From assembly GCA_002269645.1 (NCBI GenBank), contig NIVC01001425.1, forward strand, positions 114,666 through 178,665: a stretch of DNA of 64,000 nt, written 5' to 3'. The notes under the pieces are model-generated. The model made no database searches. It had not been told where the DNA came from and was given only the letters and a program-made list of their open reading frames with translations. Numbering within the stretch: the stretch's first letter is position 1; each line of letters begins with the position of its first letter. Shown piece by piece: positions 34,726-47,519 of this stretch. This DNA comes from Macrostomum lignano. Lineage: Eukaryota. The position numbers and the translations under genes are program-made.

Positions 34726-36562
34726 TCACTTCTTCGGCTTCACCCGCTCAGCAGACGGGTGCTGGGCCATGGCCACCGAGCCCACATAGGCCATGGCGTA
34801 GTCTGTGCCGTTCCGCCTAGCCAGGATGTTGTAGCAGTTGGACGGTAACGACAGCAGCCGGCCGGGGCGCACTTTGGCGAATCTCGTTACTTGATTCTCC
34901 GGCTTCTTGCAGCAGTTCGGGTCGGACTTGATGGTGAACACGATCTCGCCAGCCAGGCCAACAATGTACACCTGGCCGTCGATGTCAGCCATCGTGTTAA
35001 GCGGCACTCGGTCAGTGTGCTCGGAGCCGAAGAACAAAAACTGGCGCTGCAGATTAATCTCCAGTTCGCGCGATACGAAATGCGGCCGAAGGACAACGTT
35101 GCGGAAATGGCGCAACGCTTCGACGTGTCCGAACTGCCAGACGACGGCAGAGTGGGTCGGCGGCGCGGCTGGGTCGGCGAACAGCTGCTGCGTGCTAGAC
35201 ACCCGGGGGCCGGACAGGGTGAAGAACCGGTTGAAGCCAATGTTCAGGTCGGCCTCGTTAGCCAGGGCGATGTCGCGAATGGTCTGGTAGCTCACTGGCT
35301 GCTGGATGTGATTGACGACGATGAAGGCCCGAGGGCGGCCGGTGCTCACCAGCTTGTCAAAGTTCTCCATCACCTATGGGGAGGCGGCATTGGAAACGAA
35401 TTATTTATTTGGTTCAGGAAGGAAGGCAGGAAAGTCGTGAAATCTGAGTATATCCAGCGGCAAAGAGTACACTCGAATCTGTCTCAGTCAGCCCCCCTTA
35501 GAGTGCGCATAAGTCTTTGCCTTACAAATCCCCCCTGTGGATCTTGATAAGTCACTTGAAAACATGATCGAAAATAGACTAGAACATCCTCTTAGCTGAT
35601 GAATCTCATTTGGTTGAGCATCGTTTTGAGAATACTTTAGAAAGGACATTCTGCGCAAAGCAGCTGCTTCACAGTTGAGCACGCAAACGGCTCTAATCAT
35701 TTGATTGTTTGATAATTATTACTCTTATGTTTGAGTTTAGCTGAAAACGATTTTTTGATAATTTTCAAATCACCCTACTACAAATAAAGAATAAGATGTG
35801 AGAATGCTGAAATCTTGCATTGACCTTCAAATGGAGTGACGTCCAGTAGATTGGATTGAGTGAGTCCATTAGATAAGATGGAGTAAATAAGATAGATTAC
35901 ACTAAGTTATACTATGGGTCTGTGGATTAGGAAAAATTTGGTCTCTGAGAAGTATTATCAAAAAAATGATTCAAGAAGCTAAGCAACCGATACTCCCACT
36001 ATTTTTCCAGGCAGTACGCTACCTTCGGGACGTCAGTAACTTTAGACAGCGTGACGTTGAACTTGCAGTTGCAGCACATCAGCGGCTTTCGATAGATCGG
36101 ATTGCTCAACAAGCACTCTCCAGCCGCCAGTTCCTGAACGGAGTCCATTTTAGGCGTGCCGGTCCACACGGCAAGCTTGCGCACGATATAATTCACGCCC
36201 AGAGAATAGTCAGTGTAGGCGTCGCTTCTCTGCCAGGCGTCAATCTGCGACTCGAAATAGAAGCTGACGGTGGCTGAGGCGGCGGCGTAGAGCAGGTAGA
36301 TCAGCATGAAGCGCCAGGTCCAGCGCTTGACGCAGCACCAGATTCGCGCCAACAGTGGCAAACGTTTCGACAACACGATTGGCAGATCGGTGCACCAAGG
36401 ATAGGCCAGTCGGGCCTGGATATCCTCGGCGACCCGGTCGCCCGCCGATTTGTCAAGCAAGTCGCGATTTTTATCTACGAGCTGATCGATTAGGGCAAAA
36501 GTTTTGGCTTCGGTTCCGCTTCCATTGCTCGTTGAGTTGGCTTTGCCAGTTCCAGCCTTCAT
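34726..36562 (-). CDS. Two-exon gene (36562-36023, 35373-34726), 395 aa predicted single-pass membrane protein; possibly C6orf89/BRAP-like
   Basis: Phase-0 junction AAG|GTAGCG ... CCCATAG|GTG. Hydrophobic segment FMLIYLLYAAASATVSFYF, then ECLLSNP..CCNC and PRAFIV, then a beta-rich C-terminus. The family assignment is recollection only (low confidence). Confidence 0.7.
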
Positions 36563-37796
36563 GACTATGGTTAATTTGCTTATAAAATTCTAAACTCAAG
36601 AAAATTTTACTGCAGCACATTCACTCTCGGTCGGGCTTTGCGGGTTCGGAAATATAAACGCTGTGTGAGACTGGCCTGTGAGACAGACAGACTGCGCGCA
36701 TCAACATGTCTCTGCAATGTGCATCTGTTGGCACGTTTTCGCCGCGTCATGTCTTCTCTTTCTGCTTTCTTCATTCATTCTCCCCCCCCTCTTCCAGGGG
36801 TCAAGCCTTCTGACCATGACTCAGCAGAATCGAGGTGATGCACGTCGTTGTATGAAGTTTTTCATTAAAATTCACAGCCACATTAGCTCGCGAATGCTCG
36901 AATACATTTGCTCATTCTTCTATTGTTAGATAATTGGCTGGCGAGCGCGCACAGTCGGGCACACCCCAAGACGTCTGACCCCCATGCTCCTATTATATCT
37001 GCAAGCCTACGCACAAAACAGACAGAAAAGCTATGTATGGAAAAATTATAGCAAACGCAAACGCGCATAAGCGAGTGTGGAAATTCAAACAGAGCCTTTG
37101 CAAACAGAGAATTGCATTTTTGTTTACTGTCCATTTTCGTGACATTGTGGCGAACTCAGAAAATGTTCTGCCATTTGTTGACTCCCGCAAAAGCTTCTTC
37201 ATAGAAGTTTTTTACTTCGTACCGTACTGGTCTCATTTTAGCTGTCTCAGCTGTGTCCGAAAAACATTAAAAGCCTATATGAAGGTTCTTTACTTCAAAT
37301 TCTAGTATGTAGACTTTAAAAAATAAGCCAATGTGTTTGCTAATCCTATACGGCAATCCGGTTAATATGCTTTCCATTGTGCATTAAAATGGCGATCTTT
37401 ACCATTTGTATCAACACGCTGGTCCTGTGGGTAGAAGATACGACAGAGTTTTATTTCATTCACTTTTAGTAAAGACTAGCATAATTCGACCCGTTGACTT
37501 CTAGACTTCGTAAAGAGAAACTTCGTAAAGAAACTTCAAAACAGTTAGGACTTAAAACTGTATCCGACTTTATTTTAACTCTATCTGACTCACCCCGTAG
37601 ACTTTATCCAACTCAAATACCGTTTACTTTGTCAAAACTCCCATCCCGTTAGACTTATTCAACATTTCAAAAAACCCCTATGCTCATTGGACTGTAAAAA
37701 ATTATATTGTCCATAAATATCAGTCAAACAAGAATCAAAGCAAAAAGCAAAGAAAGAATGTAATACTTTTAATAATAAATGTAATGTAGCAAGCAG

Positions 37797-39912
37797 TCAC
37801 CCAGACATCAAGCATCCCCCAGACAGCAAGCATCCCCTAGATAGCAAGCATCTCCCAGACAGCAAGCATCCCCTAGATAGCAAGCATCTCCCAGACAGCA
37901 AGCATCCCCTAGATAGCAAGCATCTCCCAGACAGCAAGCATCCCCTAGATAGGAAGCATTCCTCAAACAGCCAGCATTCCTCAGACAGCAAGCATCCCCC
38001 AGACAACCAGCATTCCTCAGATAGCAAGCATCCACCAGACAGCCAGCATTCCTCAGACAGCCAGCATTCCTCAGACAGCAAGCATCCCCCAGACAGCAAG
38101 CATCCCCCAGACAGCCAGCATTCCTCAGACAGCCAGCATTCCTCAGACAGCAAGCATCCCCCAGACAGCAAGCATCCCCCAGACAGCCAGCATTCCTCAG
38201 ACAGCAAGCATCCCCCAGACAGCCAGCATTCCTCAGACAGCCAGCATTCCCCAGACAGCCAGCATTCCCCAGGCAGCAAGCATCCCCCAGACAGCCAGCA
38301 TTCCTCAGACAGCCAGCATTCCCCAGACAGCCAGCATTCCTCAGACAGCCAGCATTCCCCAGACAGCCAGCATTCCTCAGACAGCCAGCATTCCTCAGAC
38401 AGCAAGCATCCCCAGACAGCAAGCATCCCCCAGACAGCCAGCATTCCCCAGACAGCAAGCATCCCCCAGACAGCCAGCATTCCCCAGACAGCCAGCATTC
38501 CCCAGGCAGCAAGCATCCCCCAGACAGCCAGCATTCCCCAGACAGCCAGCATTCCCCATACAGCAAGCATCCCCCAGACAGCCAGCATTCCTCAGACAGC
38601 AAGCATCCCCCAAACAGCCAGCATTCCTCAGACAGCAAGCATCCCCCAGACAGCAAGCATCCCCCAGACAGCCAGCATTCCTCAGACAGCCAGCATTCCC
38701 CAGACAGCCAGCATTCCCCAGACAGCCAGCATTCCCCAGACAGCAAGCATTCCCCAGACAGCAAGCATCCCCCAGACAGCCAGCATTCCCCAGACAACAA
38801 GCATCCCCCAGACAGCCAGCATTCCCCAGACAGCCAGCATTCCCCAGACAGCAAGCATCCCCCTGACAGCCAGCATTCCTCAGACAGCAAGCATCCCCCA
38901 GACAGCCAGCATTCCCCAGACAGCCAGCATTCCTCAGACAGCAAGCATCCCCCAGACAGCCAGCATTCCCCAGACAGCCAGCATTCCCCAGACAGCAAGC
39001 ATTCCCCAGACAACAAGCATTCCTCAGACAGCAAGCATCCCCCAGACAGCCAGCATCCCCCAGACAGCCAGCATTCCTCAGACAGCAAGCATCCCCCAGA
39101 CAACAAGCATCCCCCAGACAGCCAGCATTCCCCAGACAGCAAGCATCCCCCAGACAGCCAGCATTCCCCAGACAGCCAGCATCCCCCAGACAGCCAGCAT
39201 TCCACAGACAGCAAGCATCCCCCTGACAGCCAGCATTCCTCAGACAGCAAGCATCCCCCAGACAGCCAGCATCCCCCAGACAGCCAGCATTCCTCAGACA
39301 GCAAGCATCCCCCAGACAGCCAGCATTCCCCAGACAGCCAGCATTCCTCAGACAGCAAGCATCCCCCAGACAGCCAGCATCCCCCAGACAGCCAGCATTC
39401 CTCAGACAGCAAGCATCCCCCAGACAACAAGCATCCCCCAGACAGCCAGCATTCCCCAGACAGCAAGCATCCCCCAGACAGCCAGCATTCCCCATACAGC
39501 CAGCATTCCCCAGACAGCCAGCATTCCCCAGACAGCCAGCATTCCCCAGACAGCAAGCATCCCCCAGACAGCCAGCATTCCCCAGACAACAAGCATCCCC
39601 CAGACAGCCAGCATTCCCCAGACAGCCAGCATTCCCCAGACAGCAAGCATCCCCCAGACAGCCAGCATTCCTCAGGCAGCAAGCATTCCCCAGACAGCCA
39701 GCATTCCCCAGACAGCCAGCATTCCTCAGACAGCAAGCATCCCCCAGACAGCCAGCATTCCTCAGACAGCAAGCATCCCCCAGACAGCCAGCATTCCCCA
39801 GACAGCCAGCATTCCTCAGACAGCAAGCATCCCCCAGACAGCAAGCATCCCCCAGACAGCCAGCATTCCTCAGACAGCAAGCATCCCCCAGACAGCAAGC
39901 ATCCCCAAACAG
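37797..39912. repeat. 18-bp minisatellite, ~117 units
   Basis: Unit CAGACAGC(A/C)AGCAT(C/T)CC(C/T), with occasional 17-bp units. Confidence 0.96.
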
Positions 39913-41602
39913 CACGCAGCCTCAGCCACTGAGCATTTTTCTCTCCCTTGCATATACTATATAGTGGCGCAATACTTCAATACTTTTAAAGTGCACTGGC
40001 TGATTTCGCTTTCTTATGCAAAAAAGCATGTTGTCGAATACTCCTATTTAATTATTTATAGCTCGTAGCATCAGCTCAGGAAGTTGAAGTTTAGTCTATG
40101 GCCATAAACGTATTATTTATTTTTCGAGCTCTCACTGCGAGAAAAATACACTAATTAGATAGGGAAAATACAGTTGTTCGAGTATTAAACCCCTTTAGCA
40201 ATGAGCCAGAGCTTAATAAAATTGCAGGTACCATCCCGGGCACATTTGACATCTTTTGGCGAAAAAACGGAGAAAATTGGTCAGGCCAATCGGCTTAAAA
40301 CGTGAACCCACGCTTCGGTGATTGTCTATGGCCAAAACTGTGCATTAAGGAGAGCACAAGGACAACTTGATAACAAAGGACCGGAAACGAGCCAATTCAT
40401 GGCGAAACAAGTATGAGGCTCGTTTAAAAGCATTGTTCTATGGCCCATCCAAAGCTACGAAAGCGAAGAAAGCTGAGCTAAAAATGGAGTTCTTCGCATG
40501 CACTTGCAATTGAGAGAGAGAACTTTTATTCTTGCTGAAACTAAATATCATGCCGAGAAAATGCAGCGTCATTTTCTGTTGTGCAAACTACAATAGTAAC
40601 CGTGATCGGAATGTTGCAGTATTTTCGTTTCCTAAGGATGCAACTGAACGAGAGGCTTGGCTGGCGACGGTAAGAATTTCTTCAAATGTGCTTTGTGAAT
40701 CAGATTTAGCCTGGCCACATGAATTCATTAACAATTTTGTTGTTGTTTTGACCGTGACAGACTACATGGGCGTGTGTGCTAAGCACTGGCCTCAAGATGC
40801 ACCAATGATAAAAAAGGGAAGAAATGAAAGGCCGCTCCACCGTCAGTTTTCGACGGAGTCCCGCAGTCCTGCCTCGTTCAAACACAAGGTTTGTGAAGTT
40901 CTACTGCTTTAATTCAAATATTCGAGCGTATTTGCACTCCATCAAACGAAACACTAAGATGCGTGCTTGGATATTGCAGTGCGTGCCAGTCGACAGGCTA
41001 AGGGAAGGGGCGTGCTGTTGTCCGAACGATGCCTTTTCCAAGATGAACTAGTAGAATTTCGAGAGCGTGACACGCTGCCATCGTGGACCGAATTCCGAGC
41101 ATCCATTCACTGTTCAGACGTCATCAAAGCACATCAGCTTATTGTTACCATTGTTCAAGAGGAGGTGTTTATCTTCTCGTTAAGCGCCAATGACGAAATG
41201 GTTCTGCGAGTTTTCGTTTCACCAAACTATTCCGTGCGATGCTTTCGGTTAAACTCACCAGTTGCGGTTCGAGATCTGCTTGGATTTCAACCAACATTAA
41301 AGTATTGGTCGCAACTTGAAGCTATCATAAATCGTTGTAAAAACTCTACAGTGGACGTCGAAAGTGAGGTGAGGACATTAGGCCGTATGAATAAATCAGC
41401 AAATGCTCTTGAGCAAATGCTCGCACTCTGAGCTGGAGCATTTTCTCGAGGCTGAGTAAATACTCAGAGTCAGAGCAAATGCAACAATTCAGTATGAATA
41501 AACAAAAAACTCAGACTCAGAGTAATTGCTCAACCGCTTGAGCAGCAGCCTGGCTGCTTAAAGCCATAGACAGGCAGAGCTGCAGCAGCAGCAAGAGAAG
41601 CG

Positions 41603-44600
41603 CTATACCAGGCAGGCTATTACCATCTTCCCGGAGAACAGTCAACCGATTACGCTCGTTAATGTCTACTACGTCCCACCGGCTACCCGCGCCCTCCGCG
41701 ACGGGAGTGCGGAATCGGCCTTCAATCCAGAGGCAGTCAGCGTCGGTAGACACACGATGGTTGCCGGAGATTTCAACGCCCACAGCAACGCATGGGATCC
41801 CTTCCAACGCGAAGACTCGCTGGGACGCAAACTCGAAGAATGGTGCACCCGCCTGAACCTTGACATCCTCAATGACGGCAGCTGTACCCGCATTAACCCG
41901 GCCACCGGAGGAAAATCCTCCCCCGATATTACTTTCGCTACGAGTGATCTCTCCCGCAAGGTGACCTGGTCCACGGGCCCGAGCATTGGGTCCGATCATC
42001 TGCCCATCTGGATCACGTTACTGCAGAGAGCCACTCCTTTCCAAAAAGCGGGGAAGAGCCGGTACAATTTTAAGAAAGCTGACTGGGGCTCCTATCGCCG
42101 CCACATTGACAAGTCTCTGGCTGGGCTCCCGGCGAGTGACCAGCTCTCCATCGACAAGGCGAACTCTAACCTCACCGATCTGATCACCCGGGCCGCTAGA
42201 GCCTCTATCCCCTTTGGAAACGGTAAGCGCATCAGGCCCCCTTTCTGGAACGAGCGTTGCCAGGAGGCGGCCGACAGTAGAGAAGCGGCCCGGCTGGTTG
42301 CCATGGCGACCCCCGAAGACGCCGATGCTGTTGCGGCCCTTGCCGATGCTAAGGCCGCCGCTGCCACCATCATTAGAGAGGAAAGACGCCAACAATTCCA
42401 TGACTCAGTCGCCTCGCTTGGACCGGAGGATTCGCTGTGGAGACTTATCAAGCAATATGATGGTCGCCTAGAATCTGCCCGCCCGGCGGCCATTTTCTCT
42501 AAGCCGGCTACCGAGCTATCTGCGGCCAAAAAGGCTGTTACCAACCGCCAAAAAGCCGAGCTTTTCTGCGCCGATTACGCGACTGTCTCTAGGCTCAAAA
42601 AGAATAAGGAGGTCGACAGACAAATCATCACTGAAGCCCATGTCGCGACTAACACCCGCGATTGCTCCTGCGGGGGCCTCAGATCGGACATCTGTGCACC
42701 CTTCACCACTACTGAACTCAACTTGGCAATCCGTCAGATCAAAAACGGAAAATCGCCCGGGGTCGACGGCATCAACAACGAACTGCTGAAACAGCTGAGC
42801 GATCAAGGCCGAGGTACCCTCCTCGAACTCTTCAACCGCAGTTGGGCCACCGGCGAGGTCCCTGCCGCGTGGCGACGGGCTGAGATTATTGCTATTCTCA
42901 AAAAAGAGAAGGATGCGAGCACTACCAGCTCCTACAGGCCCATCTCTCTGCTTAGCTGCGTCGGGAAATTGATGGAGCGTATGGTTTCAAACCGACTGTA
43001 TTTTTGGCTGGAGTCCCGTAGCCTGCTTAACCGCAATCAGGCAGGTTTCCGTAAAGGACACTCCACCATGGACTAACTGACGCGGATTACCCAAGCGATT
43101 TTCGATGCTTTCGAACAGAAAAAGCCGGAGCGCGCCATTCTTATCCTGCTGGACTTTGCCAAGGCCTACGACCGAGTGTGGCGCCCGGCCCTCTACGCAA
43201 AAATGGCTCGGCTTGGCGTCCCCAAGCATGTCATCCATTTCATCAAAAACCTCCTATCCGATCGTCGCGCTCGCGTGCGCTGGGGAGACGCGACCTCCAA
43301 CTGGAGAGTCTTTTCCGATGGTCTGCCCCAGGGGTCGGTCATAGCGCCGCTACTCTGGCTTATCTATGTCCATGACATCGACCAAGACATCGACGAGAGT
43401 GTCCACCGGTCACTCTTCGCCGATGACACGGCGCTGCTGGCGACGGGCCGATCTATACATGCCTGCGCCGAGAAGATCCAATCCGCATTGGACCGTGTCG
43501 TCGCGTGGGCTAACAAATGGAAGGTGACGATGAGTCACTCTAAATGCGTTTTCACCACCTTCACGCTTAATCCTAGTGAATGCGGCGGAAAGGTCCTCCC
43601 AACTTTGCACATTGAGGGCCAGGAGCTGAAGTACGATCCAGCACCCACGTTCCTCGGCCTCCGCCTGGACGATCAATTGACCTTTGCTAACCATGTTGAA
43701 GCGGTACGCCAAAAGATGGCTTCTAGGCGGCGCTGCCTGCAAACTCTCTCTGGCAAGGTCTATGGCGCGCACCGGACTACGCTGCGCACCGCCTACACGG
43801 CCTACATCAGGTCGGTGTTCGACTACGGAGCCTCCATCTACTTCAACCATGCCGCGCCCACCCTTAGGGACAAGCTGGAAGCTGAACAACACAAGTGCGC
43901 GCGCATCATCACCGGATGCCTTGGTGTCACGAACTGCCGCTCCCTGCTCGCCGAAGCGGACCTGCCGGCACTGCACCTCCGCGCCAAACAGCTCCTCGGA
44001 AATGAGTTTATCCGTATTATGAGCCTGCCCAACGATGACCCAGCGCGCCAGCTGCTGTCGACCGCGCCACCGCCACGCCTTCGCAGCAGGGCCCATGAAG
44101 CCTGGAAGCGCGAGGTCGGTCCCGGGCTACCTGTTGATATTCTGAAATGGGACGAAGACATCATTTTGAGCGCCAAACCTTGTTTCCGCCGTGTCGGACA
44201 GTGGCTATGCAACCTCGCTGGGTTCCACCTGGAGGACCTCAGGCGCCCTGTCGAGCCTGCGCTCCCGCCTTGGCACTGGCTGGATAAGCAGGTGACCATT
44301 GCGGTCGACCTGGTCGCTGCCACGCGCCGTACAGACCCCCCGGACTTCCGCCGTGCGGCTGCTGAGAGGACGCTGGGCCTCCTCCATCCGGCTGACGTGA
44401 TCATCTGGACAGATGGATCCACCCGACGGGACGGCACCGCGTCTGGAGGAGGAGCTATTATTACCTCGGACCTCCTGAATATATATGAAGATATCTGCGT
44501 GCCGGCTGGCCGCTGGCAAAGTAGCACTAGTGCGGAACTCGTTGCGATCGAGGCGGCCCTGGCCCGCCTGGCCGAGTCCCTCCGTGCTGGCGGCAATCCG

Positions 44601-45305
44601 GTCATCACTGTCAGGCTGTGCACGGACTCCCGGGCCGGCCTTCAAACAATTCTGCGTGGCCCGACCGTCGCGGCGGATGACGTCACCCGGCGTGTCTGGG
44701 CCAACATTGCTGCCCTACCGAGTGGCTGCAGAGTCCATCTCCAATGGGTCCCGGGACACGCTAACATCCCCGGGAACGAAGCGGCTGATGAGCTGGCCGG
44801 AAGAGCTACCGAAGCCCAGCAACAACCGAACACCGTCGCCCCTATCGCCGCTAGGACCGCCATCCACCACGTCCTCCGAGGTTGGCGGAGAATGCGAGAT
44901 AACATGCACCCGCATCCGAGCCCGACGCCTGGCCACGACGACCTCCCGAGATGGGGACAGGTCACTCTCTGCCAGCTAAGGACGCGCAAGTCTCCGCTCA
45001 CGCGCGATACGCTCTACCGTTTCGGCCTGACTACTGACGACCGGTGCATCACTTGTGGAGAGCCGGACTCGGTCGAGCATCTGCTTCTTACCTGTTCAGG
45101 CTACCACCAGGCCCGCATCCGCACCTGGGGTGGCATCAGCGTCGACTGGAATACCGTGGTGGGGGGCGAGGGCAGCCTCCTCTGTGATTATCTGCGCAGG
45201 GTGGGCCGCCAGGAACCACCTATCGACGATCCAGGTGGCAGAGCGGCCCCGGCCCGGCCACCCGCGGGCGGCCGTATGTCGGAGTGAAGAGAGGTAGAGA
45301 GAGAG
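41603..45305 (+). mobile_element. 5'-truncated non-LTR retrotransposon (I-group-like: APE, RT, RNase H, C-terminal Cys/His motif)
   Basis: VAGDFNAH and SDHLPI (APE); KSPGVDGI, YRPISLLS, LPQGSV and LFADD (RT); WTDGS and QWVPGH..IPGNEAADELA (RNase H); CITCGEPDSVEHLLLTC. One nonsense codon at 43074-43076; (GA)n tail; 9-bp TSD AGAGAAGCG. Confidence 0.95.
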
Positions 45306-45405
45306 AGAGAAGCGGCAGCACTCACTAACGATCGAAGCTAAGTATAGTGTTGCATAGCCGCATAGCTCAGCATAGCAAACACAGCTTAGCAAGCACTGAT
45401 CTGAA

Positions 45406-46118
45406 ATGGATACTGATGATGCCAGCGACGAGCAGTTTGTGAATATCGTAATACGCCATCCGTGTCTTGCTGACAAAGCAAAGACGCCTGGTATCGCGGA
45501 GAAGAAAAAGGCAGCATTGCTATCTATCCAGAGCGAGTTGGAGCTTAGTGGCAAGAGCACGGATTAAAAAAAATAAACAAAAAGCTGGCCAATATGAAGG
45601 CAAGACTGAAGGCTAAGGCAGACATCAACAGGACCGGCAACAGGAAGATCCAACTGAAGAAATGGGAGGAGGCGATGCTATACTTCCTGCAGGCAACAGA
45701 AAACCCTGTATTCAGCAAGGTGCCAGGCTGCCAGTCGAGCGGAGTAGCATGTAATGCGGAAGCGTCGCAGCCATTGGACACAGCCGGGCCTATGCAAGCC
45801 GATGGAGATGCTGCAGATCGTGCCCCTCTGCTCAGCAGCGCTGCCACTGCCACTGCCAACAAGCCATCGTCCGCTCGCCTCGCTCCCCGCAGGAGCAGCA
45901 ATGAGAGCCAGGAAACATCTGGGCTCAGCAATGCCGAGCTGCAGCGGCTTGTGCTACTCGAGCAGCTGAAGTATTTCCGACTGAAGAGCCGGTGCCTGCT
46001 GGAGTCTGAGGCTTATCGCAGGTGGACACCACACAGCAGCCCAATTGAGCAGCCGCAGGCAGCGCGATCAAGCGATTCCTGCGAGCGCGCTCCGGAGCCG
46101 CAGTTTTTTCGGCTGTGA
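45406..46118 (+). pseudogene. Harbinger H1 Myb/SANT-like accessory gene, frameshifted
   Basis: MDTDDASDEQFVNIVIRHPCL..., a 1-nt shift in the A-run near 45565, then KLANMKARLK..NRTGNRKIQLKKWE..LQRLVLLEQLKY; homologous to 53824-54462. Confidence 0.85.
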
Positions 46119-46460
46119 ACTGACACTGATACGTGCTTTGAGCAGCTTTGAGCGTAAACTGAGACCTGTTTCGTCTGTTTAAAATTTGAGGCAGAGTGCC
46201 GGTTAAACAAAATCAACTGATAATTACATTGTTGCATCGACTGGTGCGTTTTGAACTTTAAAATTTTAAAGTTAGAACTTTATTATTTCAACTATTTTAT
46301 TGAGGTTTATTCAAATTACACTAGCAGCACAGCAGCACAGCGTGGAACAGGTAAATGGACAGGCAATACAGTAAACTTAGCAGGCAACTCAACAAAAAGC
46401 GTAGCAGTTAGGGAACCGAGCAGTTCTGCGCATAACACTTGAGTGAGTCACTGGTGAAGT

Positions 46461-47519
46461 TCATGGCACGTGGTGGTTGCTATGCCGACGGCGAAAAATG
46501 ATGTCAGCGATTTCCAATCGACGCTGCGTGCCCGCAGCGCGCCTCTGCGCGTCGCCTGCATCGAGCGTGTGGGGCACGTCTGCCACATGTGTCATCTCCT
46601 CCTCGATGGCCTCATCATCGACTGCTCTGTCGTTCAGCTCTCTCGCCACATTGTGCAGAACACAGCAAGCAATGGTGTAGGTTGGGACGCGCTCTAGCCT
46701 CACTCTGATCATGTATTTGAGGATGGGGAAGCGCCGCTTCAACTGACCGAAGGCATTTTCGATAACTACTCTAGCGTTTGAGTGCACCCGATTGAACAGA
46801 ATCTCCTGCGGCTGGTTCGGCTCCTTGAACGGCTTCATAATGAAAGGGGCTATGCCGTAGCCCTCGTCTCCTAGTAACACGACGCCCTGGCGGTTGGAGA
46901 GATCGCCGTAGATTTCAGAATTCTTGAAGATCCGGTTGTCGTGCACCGAGCCAGGCCACGATGCATCTACGCTCGTGAATTTGAAACTCTCGTCGCAAGT
47001 GGCTTGAACATTGATGGATGCAAAGCCCTTGCGGTTGACATACTCGTTCCCCACCGCACCTCCAGGCTTCTCGATCCGTACATGTGTGCAATCGATTGCC
47101 CCGATTGCTGACGGGTACCGGAACTTTTGGAACCAGTTCTGCTTGGCTTCCTGCAGCTGGTGCTCAGATTGTGTCGGCCATTTGATCCATCGTTGCGATT
47201 GAGCACAAATTCGTTGCACAACATGCCAAGCAGTTTTCGATACGGTTGTCTGATGGATGTTGAACTCGTTTGCGATGCCGGTTTGAAAGCCAGGATTCGC
47301 CAGGTATCGCAGAGCAACTTCCATGCGCACCTTAGGTGACAGAGCACCCCCTCGTGATTCCTGACTGTTGTCAAGGAAGCTTGCCGTGAGCAGGTCAACG
47401 CTGTCGCGGGAGAATCTGAACAGCCGCTGGTACTCGCAATCTCGAAGGACATCAGACGAAAGCCTTTCAAGGTAGAGCTTGCGCCTTGAAGGAGCGATTT
47501 CAGGCATAAATTCCGCCAT
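46461..47519 (-). CDS. Harbinger H1 DDE transposase (HARBI1-like), intronless, 352 aa
   Basis: FRFSR, GAIDCTHV, YVNRKGFASINVQ, WPGSVHDNRIF, LLGDEGY, VIENAFGQLKRRF. Confidence 0.93.
   Translation of the reverse strand: MAEFMPEIAPSRRKLYLERLSSDVLRDCEYQRLFRFSRDSVDLLTASFLDNSQESRGGALSPKVRMEVALRYLANPGFQTGIANEFNIHQTTVSKTAWHVVQRICAQSQRWIKWPTQSEHQLQEAKQNWFQKFRYPSAIGAIDCTHVRIEKPGGAVGNEYVNRKGFASINVQATCDESFKFTSVDASWPGSVHDNRIFKNSEIYGDLSNRQGVVLLGDEGYGIAPFIMKPFKEPNQPQEILFNRVHSNARVVIENAFGQLKRRFPILKYMIRVRLERVPTYTIACCVLHNVARELNDRAVDDEAIEEEMTHVADVPHTLDAGDAQRRAAGTQRRLEIADIIFRRRHSNHHVP

Noticed and set aside
41517-45001. Numerous antisense and alternate-frame ORFs over the LINE
   Set aside because: Expected by-products of GC-rich retrotransposon coding sequence.
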